Translations under genes and position numbers: made by a program
Shown: in pieces, positions 62,871-64,000 of the stretch
How positions within the stretch are numbered: position 1 is the stretch's first letter
How the letters are laid out: every line of letters begins with the position of its first letter
Source: Laetmonice hystrix
Lineage: Eukaryota
Direction: 5' to 3'
Assembly (NCBI GenBank): GCA_965235115.1
Contig: OZ249444.1
Location: 19,406,001-19,470,000 of the forward strand
DNA: 64,000 nt
The notes under the pieces: model-generated
The model's database searches: none
What the model saw: the letters and a program-made list of their open reading frames with translations, nothing else
Told to the model about the DNA's origin: nothing

Positions 62871-64000
62871 TAGTGACATGACCCTAGCTTCGACTGACCG
62901 ATATGTCCTTGCATAATGATTGGCGTCCTATATATCTCGAGAAAATTCTCCTCTGAATTCAAACAATCCACGGGAATTAGTATAGAGATATAAAACAGCA
63001 AAATATTGTTTTTATCACAAAGAGAGCGCGTCCATATGACACAGCAGATGTAAATTATTGGTAGTACACAAAGTCAGCAGATGTGTTTGGTAAAGTCCTA
63101 ATGGTACCTCGTGGTGATGACCCAGGCTGGTGACGCCCGTCCCCAGCCCCCCCCCCCAGCCCCCCCCCCCAATCCAACCCCCCCTAGCCCCCAAGCCCCC
63201 AAGCCCCCAAGCCCCCAAGCCTACCCAGCCGTTCAGATTATCACCGACCGTCCATTATCAGAACGACCTCCCTGAGATATTCAGTAAATTGGTTCAATAC
63301 AGGAAAGATTAAAATCAGCCACTTCGACTTCAGAAAATGAGGAACGGTAGTTTTATTTACAAGATTGCATCTTTTTTCTGTTGATAACATATTGGGATTG
63401 GATTTTATTGACAAATACAGGCAAATTACCAGTGAATCCCAGGTTCATATCAAGCCAGTTTAATAATTACAGGCCTATACAGAATTCAATCAGCTGACAT
63501 CCATTATAGATAGCTATAAATTCCGGATTCACGTTATATTTATGGTCAGCCATTTTAATTTATTTGACTTACCATATCTCTGCAAACTATGTCTTTATTC
63601 ATGACTTTTATGAATAGAACATTCAAGAAAATTCAAACTTATAAAAGCCTGTGAGAAACTCTGTGAACATTATAAAGCCATGCCCCAGAGAGCGTCTGTC
63701 TGTGTGATGCCCTATGTTTTGGCTGAACTAGTTGTTTAGGCAAGTGAGATGGCACAGCACACTTGAAGAGAACTTTACTATGGTCGATTTCAGAAAGTAG
63801 TTTTTAGCTTGGATGATGAAACCAGCAACACGTGTTTCGACAAGGCAACAGTCAGAAACGTTTAGATTCTTTTAACTCGTAGATTCCAAACGGCTGGTCA
63901 TATCTCGAATGACCTGTTTCTCCTGGCAGTGCGACTACAGTACGTTTCCGTAGTTTCTCTCATGCGTCGTAAATGGTTTGCTGTCAACCTTTTTTATCTG

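Overview
Eukaryotic (bilaterian invertebrate, probably protostome/lophotrochozoan) genomic DNA. The only protein-coding gene I can support is a two-exon Zic/odd-paired-family C2H2 zinc-finger gene on the + strand: exon 1 CDS 9801-10722, a 16.3-kb phase-1 intron at the conserved ZF3/ZF4 position, exon 2 CDS 27026-27630, giving about 508 aa. The rest is gene-poor non-coding DNA with at least 14 unrelated minisatellite arrays (about 7.5 kb, five of them packed into 53.4-62.2 kb), microsatellites, poly-G/C repeat relics and a 137-N assembly gap. Almost all other ORFs in the track are repeat or GC-composition artefacts. The most interesting signals are regulatory. (1) Eight exact CTCF-consensus motifs show a mostly convergent polarity around the gene and its downstream region, several paired with GTCACGTGAC E-boxes. 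(2) A promoter-like motif cluster sits just after the Zic stop codon. (3) There is a perfect RFX X-box in the intron. (4) The exon junction regenerates a 5' splice site. (5) Minisatellite unit lengths cluster near 31 and 62 bp. All motif calls were made by eye and are untested hypotheses. I found no clearly novel coding system.
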